Positions 52,510 to 63,654 of a stretch of 64,000 bases of DNA are shown in pieces. Within the stretch, counting starts at the first letter, position 1; the number at the start of each line of letters is the position of its first letter. Under the pieces are notes generated by a model that was not told the DNA's origin, did no database searches, and saw only the letters and a list, made by a program, of their open reading frames with translations. The stretch lies in contig CAVYXQ010000028.1 of NCBI GenBank assembly GCA_963772555.1, forward strand, positions 27,369 to 91,368. Direction: 5' to 3'. Origin of the DNA: an uncultured Alphaproteobacteria bacterium (GTDB taxonomy: Bacteria > Pseudomonadota > Alphaproteobacteria > Rhizobiales > Beijerinckiaceae). Both the position numbers and the translations under genes were made by a program.

Positions 52510-54253
52510 GTAACCGGGGCAAATTCTCGGGCGGAGGGGGGAGTCAGCGGCGACAAAGTGTGATTCAAGCTTGGGATGGCGGCGCGCATCCCTGATTCGC
52601 TTGATCGGCTTTCGCATGACGACCTGCTCGGCGTGGTGCGCGATCTAATCCATGAGGTGAAGCGGCTTGGGGCGGAGAACGAGAAGCTGGTCGGCGCGTT
52701 GGCCAAGCTGAAAGTCGAGCATCAGGCGGTCAAGGACGAGCTTGCGCGGCTGAAGCATTTGCCGCCGCGTCCGCCGGTCAAGCCGTCGGGCATTGACAGG
52801 GCGACGGACGCGAAAGGGCCGCAGGCCGGGGGCGGCGAGAAAGGCGGGCGCTCGACGCAGCGGCGCGGCAGCCAACTCGACAAGCTGACGATTGGCGCGA
52901 CGGTGGTGGTGAGGGCAAATGCGCCGGCGGGCTCGCGCCGCAAGGGCTACGAAGAGGTGGTGGTTCAGGACTTGAGCCTGACGCCGACGGTGACGCGCTA
53001 CCGGCGTGAGCGGTGGGAAACGCCGGACGGCGAGACGGTCGTCGCCCATCTCGGTTCCGGCATTGTCGGGGGTTATGGCCCCAACCTGAATCGCCTGGTC
53101 TTGACGCTGCACTTTGCCGGACAAATGACCTGCGAGCGGATCGTTGCGCTGCTCAATGGGATGGGCGTGGTGATTTCGAAGCGGCAGGTGGTTCGCCTGC
53201 TGACAGTCAAGCTGGAGACGTTTCGCGCCGAGGATGCGGCGGTGCTGAAAGCCGGCCTGAGCGGCGCCTATGTCACGGTCGACGATACGGGGGCGCGCCA
53301 CGCCGGCAAGAGCGGCTACACCACGCAGATCGGCTCTTCCAACTTCACCGCGTTTCGCACGGGGCCCTCCAAATCGCGTCTGGCGTTTCTGTCGCGGCTT
53401 TGCGGCGGAACGTCGCTCTGGGTGATCAACCAGGCCGCGCTCGACTATATGAAAGGGCGCGATCTGTCGCAGATCGTGATCGACAAGTTCATCGCGCATG
53501 AGGCGCGCATCTTCGCCTCCTCGGGCGAGTGGGAGCGCCATTTGCAGGCGCTGGCTTTGGGCGCGATCAAGGTCCTGCCGGATCCCGTCTTGATCGCCAG
53601 CGAGGCGGCGCTGTGGGGCGCAGTCCATCATCAGGGCTTGCTGCAGGGCACGGTGATCGTCTCCGACGACGCCGGCCAGTTCCGCGTCGGCGTGCACGCG
53701 CTGTGCTGGGTTCACGCCGAGCGGCTTGTTCACAAGCTCATTCCCGCCAACGACAAGCAGCGCAACGCCGTCGAGGTCGCCAAGCGGATGATCTGGTGGT
53801 TCTATCGTTGCTTGAAAGACTACAAGCTCGCGCCGGACCCCGAACAGGCCGAGTTCTTGCGCTCCCGCTTCGACCGCATCTTCAAGCGCGCGCGAACCGG
53901 CTACGCCACGCTCGACAGCCTGCTCAAACGCCTTCATCGCCACAAGGACGAGTTGCTGCGCGTGCTCGAGCGGCCAGAAATCCCGCTCAACACCAATGCC
54001 TCGGAAAACGACATCCGCGCCTTCGTCACCAAGAGAAAAATCTCCGGCGGAACTGTCTCCGACAAAGGCCGCGACGCCCGCGACGTCATGCTCGGGCTGG
54101 CCAAAACCTGCATGAAATTGAAAGTGTCGTTCTACGCCTTCATCGGCGACCGACTGGGACTTCCAGGCCCAAAAATTCCAGACCTCGCAACCCTCGTCAG
54201 TCCAGCCCCTGCTTGAACCAGCCCAAGCCCGCCCGGCAATTTGCCCCGGTTAC
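52510..54253 (+). mobile_element. IS66-family single-ORF insertion sequence, copy 2
   Basis: 1744 bp with the same IRs and same 546-aa protein as copy 1; no 8/9-bp target duplication. Confidence 0.95.
52576..54216 (+). CDS. IS66-family transposase, 546 aa
   Basis: Protein identical to 10473-12113; two synonymous differences seen near the 3' end (TCT/TCC, ACC/ACT). Confidence 0.93.
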   Translation: MAARIPDSLDRLSHDDLLGVVRDLIHEVKRLGAENEKLVGALAKLKVEHQAVKDELARLKHLPPRPPVKPSGIDRATDAKGPQAGGGEKGGRSTQRRGSQLDKLTIGATVVVRANAPAGSRRKGYEEVVVQDLSLTPTVTRYRRERWETPDGETVVAHLGSGIVGGYGPNLNRLVLTLHFAGQMTCERIVALLNGMGVVISKRQVVRLLTVKLETFRAEDAAVLKAGLSGAYVTVDDTGARHAGKSGYTTQIGSSNFTAFRTGPSKSRLAFLSRLCGGTSLWVINQAALDYMKGRDLSQIVIDKFIAHEARIFASSGEWERHLQALALGAIKVLPDPVLIASEAALWGAVHHQGLLQGTVIVSDDAGQFRVGVHALCWVHAERLVHKLIPANDKQRNAVEVAKRMIWWFYRCLKDYKLAPDPEQAEFLRSRFDRIFKRARTGYATLDSLLKRLHRHKDELLRVLERPEIPLNTNASENDIRAFVTKRKISGGTVSDKGRDARDVMLGLAKTCMKLKVSFYAFIGDRLGLPGPKIPDLATLVSPAPA

Positions 54254-54441
54254 CGAAAACCTGTCACTTGCAGCCGGCTTTTGCACCTATATAATCTGTT
54301 AAACGAAGAACCCGACTGTATTTCGGTTGGGTTACCTTGGAAGCCACAGGCATTTGTACCATCTGTCGCCAATGCGCAATGTCATTCCAGTATAGCTGCC
54401 GCGTACGTAAAGAGCGGGCGCCTCAAGATCTTGAGTTCAAG

Positions 54442-54699
54442 TTACGCACGTCCTTCTGGAGCCGCGCGGTCCGGGCGGAAATTCTCAACTTCTTGCTCTG
54501 TGGACTCGAGAAGGCCGAAGTCGCGGGAGTGGATTCGGCCGGCGACCATGACGCCCTCCGCCGCCAAGCCTCGTTTCAGAAGCTCCCGGACGGCGGTGGC
54601 CCGGCTCGGCATGCGCTGGCGGAAGCGCCAGTCGTCGAGCGCAACCAGTTCCTCGTCCGTCAGCATGATCTGCAGGCGTTCGCCGCGCGATGTAGCCAC
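54442..54699 (-). CDS. Ribbon-helix-helix-type DNA-binding protein
   Basis: ERLQIMLTDEELVALDDWRFRQRMPSRATAVRELLKRGL: beta strand plus two helices. Confidence 0.75.
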   Translation of the reverse strand: MATSRGERLQIMLTDEELVALDDWRFRQRMPSRATAVRELLKRGLAAEGVMVAGRIHSRDFGLLESTEQEVENFRPDRAAPEGRA

Positions 54700-54953
54700 G
54701 ATCCGGCGCTCTCCTCTACGAACAAAACAAGTTAGTCACTTACGGAAAGGGCGTCAAGGCAGCTTTTGGCGCATTTTACTCATTTACGTCCAGGCGCTCA
54801 TTATTGAGCCTATTGTAAGAATATCTTAATCCAGCTCGTTGAACACCTGAAGCAGAAACCTCAATAGACCGCTCCAACTCATGATTTTACTTTGAGAAAT
54901 ACCTTGACAACCCTATCGTATTACTTCATTGTGGCGTCGACAGGCAGGAATTC

Positions 54954-55649
54954 ATGCAAGCCAGGACGCCCCTGAACACGTCTCGATCCTCTCCGCCCAC
55001 GGCAGCGGATCTGACGGCGGAAGCCAACCACCGGATCGCCAATCATCTCGCCATGCTGGCGGCGCTGATGCGGTTGCAGGGGAAGGGCCTCAGCCGGGAA
55101 AAACCGTCGCTGAGCGGAGAGGAGGTTCACCTTCTCCTGGACGAATTCGCCATCCGGCTGGAGACCGTCGGCGAAATCCACAGGTTGCTCGCCGGGTCCA
55201 GCGGAGCGCCGATCGATGTCGCCGCCTATCTGAGGACGATCGCGCACGGGCTCGTATCGTCGCTGACCCCGGACGACAAGACGACGATCCAGTGCCACTT
55301 TCCGCCGACCTGCGTTCTTCCGGCGGAACAGGCCGTGGCGCTCGGGCTCCTCGTCAGCGAGCTGATCACCAATGCGTTGAAATACGCCCATCCCACGGGC
55401 GTCGCGGGCGCGATCGCCATTCTGGCCTCGAGACCCGACGACGGCACGATCGCCATCGAAGTCGCCGACGACGGCATCGGCTTGCCCGACGGCCTCGACC
55501 CGCTTCGGAGCGACAGTCTGGGGCTCCGCACTGTCCGCCTGCTGGCGAAGCAGCTGGGCGCTTCGATTTCCTTCGACAATCACGGGCTCGGACTGAGCTG
55601 CCTCGTGCAAATCCCGTGCGCCGGCCGCGTGCTCAAAGCCGTCTCGTGA
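54954..55649 (+). CDS. Sensor-less HisKA_2-type histidine kinase
   Basis: EANHRIANHL H-box about 22 aa from the start, SELITNALKYA, VADDGIG, SLGLRTV; no input domain. Confidence 0.85.
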   Translation: MQARTPLNTSRSSPPTAADLTAEANHRIANHLAMLAALMRLQGKGLSREKPSLSGEEVHLLLDEFAIRLETVGEIHRLLAGSSGAPIDVAAYLRTIAHGLVSSLTPDDKTTIQCHFPPTCVLPAEQAVALGLLVSELITNALKYAHPTGVAGAIAILASRPDDGTIAIEVADDGIGLPDGLDPLRSDSLGLRTVRLLAKQLGASISFDNHGLGLSCLVQIPCAGRVLKAVS

Positions 55650-55695
55650 GCCTCGAGACTGGCAGCACGGGCGCGGGGAAGCGCCAGCCGCTGGT

Positions 55696-56637
55696 TCACG
55701 CCGAAAAGCGATCCCCTCCGCCGTACGCCACGCGCGATGATTCTTCCGATTCCGCCCCCCGCGCGGACGCGGCGCCTGAGGTCACGCGCACCGCCACCGA
55801 CATGCCCGCCAAAGCGTCGCTGCTTCCCGCATAGGCTCCGGACACCGGCGCCGCCTGACGAATGTCGCGCGCCACAGCGACTGGAATGAGGTTCGCGCCG
55901 CCGACGCTGCGGTTCGTCGGATCGAAGCTGATCCACCCGGCGCCCGAGACGAAAACCTCGCCCCAGGCGTGCGTCGACCCGGCGTCCGTCGATCCCAGAA
56001 GCATCTGCTCGGGGTTGAAAAGGTAGCCCGAGACCAACCTCGCGCCGAAGCCGAGACTGCGCGCGGCTTCGACGAACAGCACCGCGAAATCCCGGCAGGA
56101 GCCGACGCGCCGGTCCAACGTTTCGATCGGCGACTGTGTGCCCTCGTCGTCCCGGCTCTGGTAGCGGAGCCATCCCGATACGCCGAGACTGAGATCCTTG
56201 AGCAGCGCGAGCGTATCGGTCCGTTCGCCGCAGACGAACGCCCGCGCCCAATTCGCCAGGCGTCCGGCGGGATCCGGATATTGCAGCCTCGTCAGCGAGC
56301 CGAGATCCGTCCATTCGTCGTCCGAATAGCGAAAGGGATAGACGATCGCAGACGCTGCGATGTTGAAGATCGGCCACGCCGTTCCCTCGAGGCGAAGCTC
56401 CACCACGCTGTGGATGACGAGACTGTCGCTCGGCCCCTGAAACACCGCGGTCGCGACGGCGTTGCCGAAGACGTCATGCGCCCATGTGACCTGCGCCGTC
56501 GGCGAAACCGTCACCCCGCAGGAAATCACCTGCACGTCGCGGCTCTCGCGCGGGCAGAGCATGAGCCGATGCGGCCAGAGATCGACCGATCGCCGATATC
56601 GATAGGCGGTTCGATGATGGACTGTCAGGGGAATCAT
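55696..56637 (-). CDS. Transglutaminase-like protein (Bact_transglu_N plus core)
   Basis: VHHRTAYRY, DVFGN, GSCRDFA (Cys), STHAWGEVF (His), GWISFDPTN (Asp). Confidence 0.92.
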   Translation of the reverse strand: MIPLTVHHRTAYRYRRSVDLWPHRLMLCPRESRDVQVISCGVTVSPTAQVTWAHDVFGNAVATAVFQGPSDSLVIHSVVELRLEGTAWPIFNIAASAIVYPFRYSDDEWTDLGSLTRLQYPDPAGRLANWARAFVCGERTDTLALLKDLSLGVSGWLRYQSRDDEGTQSPIETLDRRVGSCRDFAVLFVEAARSLGFGARLVSGYLFNPEQMLLGSTDAGSTHAWGEVFVSGAGWISFDPTNRSVGGANLIPVAVARDIRQAAPVSGAYAGSSDALAGMSVAVRVTSGAASARGAESEESSRVAYGGGDRFSA

Positions 56638-57020
56638 CCGCCAATCCTTGCGTCAGGTGGGCCGGCGCAAAACGGCGCTTCAGGATCGAGGCCGACAGGA
56701 AAGCTCCACCAGAGGTTCGACTGTTGGCCAAACACCGCGCCGACTTTATCTGTATCACGTAATGCCAATTTCTGAAAATATCAGATTTCGACGTGCCTCA
56801 ATCTAGAGAACGACGTCACATATATCTTTGGTGTTACGACAACGACCGCATTTTGACTCTCATATCGCGGTTTTTCTACCTATATATCGGCGGCACATTG
56901 ACGTGCTTTCCCGCAGAGTAGCGGAGGGCGTCGGCAGTCGCTGCGCCGGCCTCGCCTTTCGGTCCAAAGGCTCTCGCTTCAGCGACCAGCACGCCAAAGC
57001 GCGAAGGCTGAGGCTAAGAG

Positions 57021-57284
57021 ATGACGACACGGAGCACGGAGACGACGCTGACATTTTCCAAAGCGTTCTCGTTGCCGGAGGTCGGTCGCCCCTTGCCGGC
57101 GGGAACCTATCGCGTCGTTGTCGACGAAGAAGACATACCCGGTCTTTCCTTTGTCGCCTACCGGCGAACCGCGACCCTGCTGCATGTTCCGGCGTTGTCG
57201 GCGCCAGGCGGGCTCGAGGAGATGTTTCTCGTCAATCCGGACGAACTCGCCGCGGCCTTCGAAGCCGATCATGCTGCGGCATGA
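57021..57284 (+). CDS. Small conserved hypothetical protein
   Basis: MTTRSTETTLTFSKAFSL...LPAGTYRVVVDEEDIPGLSFVAYRR; coding-like codon bias. Confidence 0.7.
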   Translation: MTTRSTETTLTFSKAFSLPEVGRPLPAGTYRVVVDEEDIPGLSFVAYRRTATLLHVPALSAPGGLEEMFLVNPDELAAAFEADHAAA

Positions 57285-57512
57285 GAGCGTGGAACATGGG
57301 CAAGGGAATGAACCGCCGCGCGCAAGCCGCAAAGCGCATCCGGCGACAACCGGCCAGCCTTGGCGAAGTCATGCGCGGATGCTCGGAACCCGCTCGCTTC
57401 GCCTCCAGGAGCGGCCCCGCGAGGGGCTGTTCGGAGCGCGAGGGATTTCCGAGAATCAGCCGATGCTTTTCAGCTTAGCGCGGGTTCCGATCAGGTTGAC
57501 CCATCCGCATCC

Positions 57513-57543
57513 ATGGACCCGCGGGTCAAGCCCGCGGGTGACG
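57513..57543. repeat. REP-like palindromic unit
   Basis: ATGG-ACCCGCGGG-TCAAG-CCCGCGGGT-GAC: perfect 9-bp stem with TCAAG loop, the GGTCAAGCCC intergenic repeat type common in rhizobia. Confidence 0.7.
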
Positions 57544-57577
57544 GAAGATGGTTCTGCCTGATCGAGACCAACTCTCT

Positions 57578-57859
57578 CTAGGCCGAGAAGCGAACGACGT
57601 GCGAGCCGACGACGCCGGCCTTCTCCATCGCGCTCTTCAGATCCGTTCCGCCAAGCCAGGCGCGCGCCTTCGCCACGTCGGCTACATCCTGAAGGATCAG
57701 GACATCGTTGGGGTCTTCGGCGCTGCGAAATACCTTGCCATTGGTGAGGCCCGCCGAAATGCGGCTCTTCTCGTGCTCGTCGTAGCCCTTGCGCCACGAC
57801 GTGTAATCCTTGACCTTGTGGTGGATACTGAGGTTTTCGGTGTTGGAATTCGTATTCAT
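57578..57859 (-). CDS. Small ferredoxin-fold 'cyclase'/ABM-like protein
   Basis: IHHKVKDYTSWRKGYDEH...VFRSAEDPNDV...MEKAGV; GGAG RBS. Confidence 0.75.
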   Translation of the reverse strand: MNTNSNTENLSIHHKVKDYTSWRKGYDEHEKSRISAGLTNGKVFRSAEDPNDVLILQDVADVAKARAWLGGTDLKSAMEKAGVVGSHVVRFSA

Positions 57860-58269
57860 CGTTGGTGCTCCAAAAAAACAAAATATAAATTCGAATGATC
57901 GTCCATCCGAATTACGACCAGTATATATGATGTCTTTTTGTAATTACAAGGAGAATTGAACTTATACGCCTGATTTTCTCAGGGTGACCTTATACCTTTG
58001 CTCCCAGGCGTCACCAATTCGACGCCACTGCTTCGAATCTTTCGCAGTCGCGGCCCGCTCTCGAGCGGCAGGGGCGGCTCGCCGATAATGGTTATGCGAT
58101 GGTGCTGCATCAGGCGCTCGCTGTCGGCGGGCTGGGCTCCTATATGCGTCGATGAACGCGATTATGGCTCCAGAATGCCTATTGCGCCGATGCGACGAAA
58201 TGGCGGAACTCGGCCCGGCGCAAATTGCGACGGTTCGCTTGCGCGCGGCGCAGCATCCGGGGGTTGGAT

Positions 58270-58533
58270 ATGGATGTGATCATCAGACCGGCGGAAGGAG
58301 GCGCAGCCTGGCGGCTGACGGACCTGCTTGGCCGCTCGATGGGGAGCATCACGGAGAGCGGCTCGCATCAATTCACGATTTGCCCGGAGGGCCACGCCTT
58401 GGAAACGATGGCCGGCTTACGGCCAGGGCCGTACGCCTCGCTCGACGCCGCCCTGGCTGAGATCGAAAGGCACACAAGAGGCGTCTGCCGGCGCGATTTT
58501 GGCGAAGATCGATCACGCCTAGGCGGCGGCTGA
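58270..58533 (+). CDS. Small hypothetical protein
   Basis: AWRLTDLLGRSMGSI...GPYASLDAALAEIERHTRGVCRR, resembling short rhizobial hypotheticals. Confidence 0.6.
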   Translation: MDVIIRPAEGGAAWRLTDLLGRSMGSITESGSHQFTICPEGHALETMAGLRPGPYASLDAALAEIERHTRGVCRRDFGEDRSRLGGG

Positions 58534-58976
58534 CCGAACGCCGCCCCGATCGTAGCGCTTTATGTCGAATGTCAAGCTGCGGCGGAAATCGGTAGTCGGT
58601 CAGTTTGAACTTCAGGTTTGGCGGACACCGCCCGCACGGCCGTCGCCAGCGGAATGCGCGCAATCGACGGATTGTGTTGAAAACTCGAATTTCCGCGTCG
58701 ATCACAATTCAGGAGACCGCTGGCGGCCTCGATGAAAAATTCCTTAGGGGCTCGGCCGACCGATCGGTTTTGCCGCGTGCGACGCTCCTATATGCCCTGC
58801 CGTGACGACTATCGGCCGGGATCACGCGACGTGGGCGAAAACGAGATTTTTCGCGGTGGCTCAAATTTCCGAGTTTTTCAACACTATCGACGTATTGCGG
58901 GCATCGCGGCTCGCGACCGCGAACGTCGCAGGTGCGACGGCAAGCGGACCTTTATGCACCTGATTTCTGCAGCGCG

Positions 58977-58989
58977 TAACTTATTGATT
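58977..58989 (-). promoter_or_regulatory. IHF-binding consensus
   Basis: Minus strand AATCAATAAGTTA is WATCAANNNNTTR, in an AT-rich tract about 180 bp upstream of the DUF1254 gene. Confidence 0.45.
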
Positions 58990-59165
58990 TAATTGATATC
59001 GATTTGAGGTGCAAAATGCACAATCGCTTGGGCGGAGAGCTGTCGAGCTAACGCAAGCCGATTGCTCGGCCTTCTTATCGACGTCACGATCACTTTCTAT
59101 TCCGTTGGTCTCGTTGCTAGACACTGACCCCGGCCCGTGCGGGCCGCACAAGGAGAACGCACAAC

Positions 59166-60611
59166 ATGGCTGGGATATGGACTCTGATCGCTCGCTTCGC
59201 TCTGCCCGCACTGCTCAGCGCGGCGCTCGCCTGCGGCGCGCCCAGTGCGGCGCGCGCAGCCGACTCGATCAGCGAACAGGATGCGCATGCCATCGGCGTG
59301 CAGGCTTACCTATATTTCTACCCGCTCGTCACAACGGACCTGACGCGGAAGCAGCTCACCAACGTCGTGAAATCTGAAGGCATTCATGCGCCGGCGAACA
59401 CGTTCGCCAACATCTTGGAATACCCCCCTGCTGACATGAAGGTGGTGGTCCGGCCGAACTTCGATACTCTCTATTCCAGCGCCTGGCTCGACCTGAGCAA
59501 GGAGCCGATGATCGTATCGGTTCCGGATACGCATGGGCGTTATTACCTGCTGCCGATGCTCGACATGTGGACCGACGTTTTCGCGTCCCCTGGCTGGCGC
59601 ACGACCGGAACCCAGGCCGGCGACTATGGCGTGACGCCGCCGGGCTGGAGCGGCTCGCTGCCGGCAGGCGTCGTTCGCATAGACGCGCCCACGCCCTATG
59701 TCTGGATCATCGGTCGCACCAAGACCGACGGACCGGCCGACTACGCCGCCGTGAATAAGATCCAGGCCGGGTTTAAGATCACGCCGCTGTCGAGCTGGGG
59801 CAAGGCCGCCGAGCCGGGGGCGGGCTCCGTCGATCCCGGCATCGACATGAAGACGCCGCCGAAGATCACGGTCGATACCATGCCGGCCGCCAAGTTCTTC
59901 GCCACCGCCGCCGAAATCCTCAAGTTGCAGCCGCCACACATTACCGATCAACCGATCCTGGCGCTCATTCAGCGGATCGGAATCGAGCGTGGCAAGAGCT
60001 TCGATATCGACAAGGTCGATCCGGCGATCAAGGCCGGACTGGAAACGGCGCCCGAGGACGCCTTGAAGTTGATGGCGTGGAAGGTGGCCACCGTGGCACG
60101 CGTCGTGAACGGCTGGTCGATGAACACCGACACGGTGGGGGTCTATGGCAACTATTACCTGAAGCGCGCGATCTTCACCCGGTTGGGTCTCGGCGCGAAC
60201 CTTCCGGAGGACGCGATCTACCCGATCAACCTCGCAGACGAGACAGGAAAGCCGCTGGATGGCGGCAGCGCCTATGTCCTCCATTTCGACAAGGGGGCGA
60301 CGCCGCCAGTCAATGCCTTCTGGTCGATCACGCTCTATGACGCTCAGGGCTACCAGGTGGCGAACAGCCTGAACCGTTTCGCCGCCAGCAACTGGATGCC
60401 ATTCAAATACAATTCGGACGGCTCGCTGGACCTCTACTTCCAGAACGCCAGCCCCGGCGCGGACAAGGAGGCGAACTGGCTGCCCGCGCCGAAGGGCGGG
60501 TTCAACCTTACCATGCGGCTCTACGCGCCGAAGAGCGACGCTCTGACCGGGAAGTGGAACCCGCCGCCGGTGATGAAAGAAGCCCAGCCGACGCTATTGC
60601 CGGCGCAATAG
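59166..60611 (+). CDS. DUF1254/DUF1214 exported protein
   Basis: Signal peptide; VVRPNFDTLYSSAWLDL, GLGANLPEDAIYP, PPVNAFWSITLYD, DGSLDLYFQ, NWLPAP, MRLYAP. Confidence 0.92.
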   Translation: MAGIWTLIARFALPALLSAALACGAPSAARAADSISEQDAHAIGVQAYLYFYPLVTTDLTRKQLTNVVKSEGIHAPANTFANILEYPPADMKVVVRPNFDTLYSSAWLDLSKEPMIVSVPDTHGRYYLLPMLDMWTDVFASPGWRTTGTQAGDYGVTPPGWSGSLPAGVVRIDAPTPYVWIIGRTKTDGPADYAAVNKIQAGFKITPLSSWGKAAEPGAGSVDPGIDMKTPPKITVDTMPAAKFFATAAEILKLQPPHITDQPILALIQRIGIERGKSFDIDKVDPAIKAGLETAPEDALKLMAWKVATVARVVNGWSMNTDTVGVYGNYYLKRAIFTRLGLGANLPEDAIYPINLADETGKPLDGGSAYVLHFDKGATPPVNAFWSITLYDAQGYQVANSLNRFAASNWMPFKYNSDGSLDLYFQNASPGADKEANWLPAPKGGFNLTMRLYAPKSDALTGKWNPPPVMKEAQPTLLPAQ

Positions 60612-61004
60612 CCTTCGCTGCACAGCCAAGCCGCACGCAGCCGGGTTCGCAGGGGTTCAGGGAACCCCTGCGGTCGCCGCACTCCATCACGTCAAATCAC
60701 GTGCATCTCGGCGATGTGCGGAGCCCGTGATTTCTGTGCGATCGCGAAAGTCCGGTCAGGACCCGATTTGACCCGTTCGCCGCGTCCTCGGCGAATGACC
60801 GGAATTTGCGCATCTTGCCCGTTCATAGGACCGATCCTGAAGGGCGAGACGGGGGTCGGAAGCCGAAGCTCAAACTGACCTAGGACCCGGAAATCCGATA
60901 GCATCTCAGTCCGCGACAGTATGGGCTGGCCTGCTCATCGGCGGATCCTCGTCGCAATGCGCATAGATTTACGGCGTTGCCGATCACGGCGGCGCTTATC
61001 GCCT

Positions 61005-61193
61005 TCAGGTCGGGTCGGCGTTCCTGTCCTCCAGGCGCGCGGATCGGATCAGGGCGGTCAACTGGCGGATCAACGCCGGCCCCTGGACTTGATCGGTGGA
61101 GTATCCGTCGCGTTTGAGCGACCGGACGATTTCCGTGATGCCCGACATTTTGCCGGACTTCGCCAATTGGAAAGCGCGTTCCAAGGCGGTCAT
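61005..61193 (-). CDS. Small hypothetical protein
   Basis: MTALERAFQLAKSGK...LKRDGYSTDQVQGPALIRQL, resembling short rhizobial hypotheticals. Confidence 0.55.
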   Translation of the reverse strand: MTALERAFQLAKSGKMSGITEIVRSLKRDGYSTDQVQGPALIRQLTALIRSARLEDRNADPT

Positions 61194-61345
61194 TCTGTAA
61201 TGCATGGCGGCAACCATAGCACGGAATCCGGGGCGACATGCCCGGATTCGCCGATCAGAGCTTCAGAGCCGCGCCGTTCGCGATCAACTCATCGCGATCT
61301 TACAGGGTCGCGTCGCCGCGACCCCGTCTTCGTCTTGTCGGGAGA

Positions 61346-62989
<1,644 letters not shown>

Positions 62990-63015
62990 TTATGTTGAAG
63001 GGGGTCAAAGCGGAA

Positions 63016-63333
63016 TCAGGCGGCTCTCTTCGTCGCGGCGACAGCGCCTTCGATCACGCCCATGACGTCGGATTCCTTCATGATCAACAGGTCCTCGCCG
63101 TCGATCTTGACTTCCGTGCCCGACCATTTGCCGAACAGCACCCGGTCGCCTGCTTTCAGTTCCAGAGGCTCAAGCTTGCCGCTTTCGTCGCGGGCGCCCG
63201 GCCCGACGGCAATGACTTCGCCCTCCTGGGGCTTCTCCTTGACGCTGTCGGGAATAAATATTCCGCCCTTCGTCTTGTTCTCGCCCTCGATACGGCGGAT
63301 GACGATGCGGTCGTGTAGCGGTCGGAATTTCAT
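63016..63333 (-). CDS. groES: Co-chaperonin GroES
   Basis: [35 protein letters not shown]. Confidence 0.99.
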   Translation of the reverse strand: MKFRPLHDRIVIRRIEGENKTKGGIFIPDSVKEKPQEGEVIAVGPGARDESGKLEPLELKAGDRVLFGKWSGTEVKIDGEDLLIMKESDVMGVIEGAVAATKRAA

Positions 63334-63425
63334 GGATCACGCTTTCCGTCGGATCGCGTAGCCCGGCTCACGAGCAATTGCCCCGGCTTCTCGGCAGCAG
63401 TCCGACGTGGCTAACATGGCGATGA

Positions 63426-63452
63426 TTGGCACTCGTTACAAGGGAGTGCTAA
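63426..63452 (-). promoter_or_regulatory. CIRCE (HrcA operator)
   Basis: Minus strand TTAGCACTC-CCTTGTAAC-GAGTGCCAA: one mismatch to TTAGCACTC-N9-GAGTGCTAA, 93 bp upstream of groES. Confidence 0.92.
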
Positions 63453-63572
63453 CAATTCGGGGCTTTGAACCTCCTAATCATTCCGATTGGCTGTCGCTGC
63501 GCATCGGTCTGATCCCGGCCTGTCGGCTTCGTTGAAACCTGCGTGATGGGCGGCGCCAGGGCTTCCTGGGCA

Positions 63573-63598
63573 GGAACAAGCCCCAAGGGGCCACGTTG
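63573..63598 (+). promoter_or_regulatory. EcfG/sigmaT-type general-stress promoter
   Basis: GGAAC-N17-CGTT, ending 57 bp before ATG 63655. Confidence 0.65.
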
Positions 63599-63654
63599 AG
63601 CCGCCACGCAAGAATGTCCGTAAGCGTCATTCGGCGAAATTCGGGAGACTTTGC

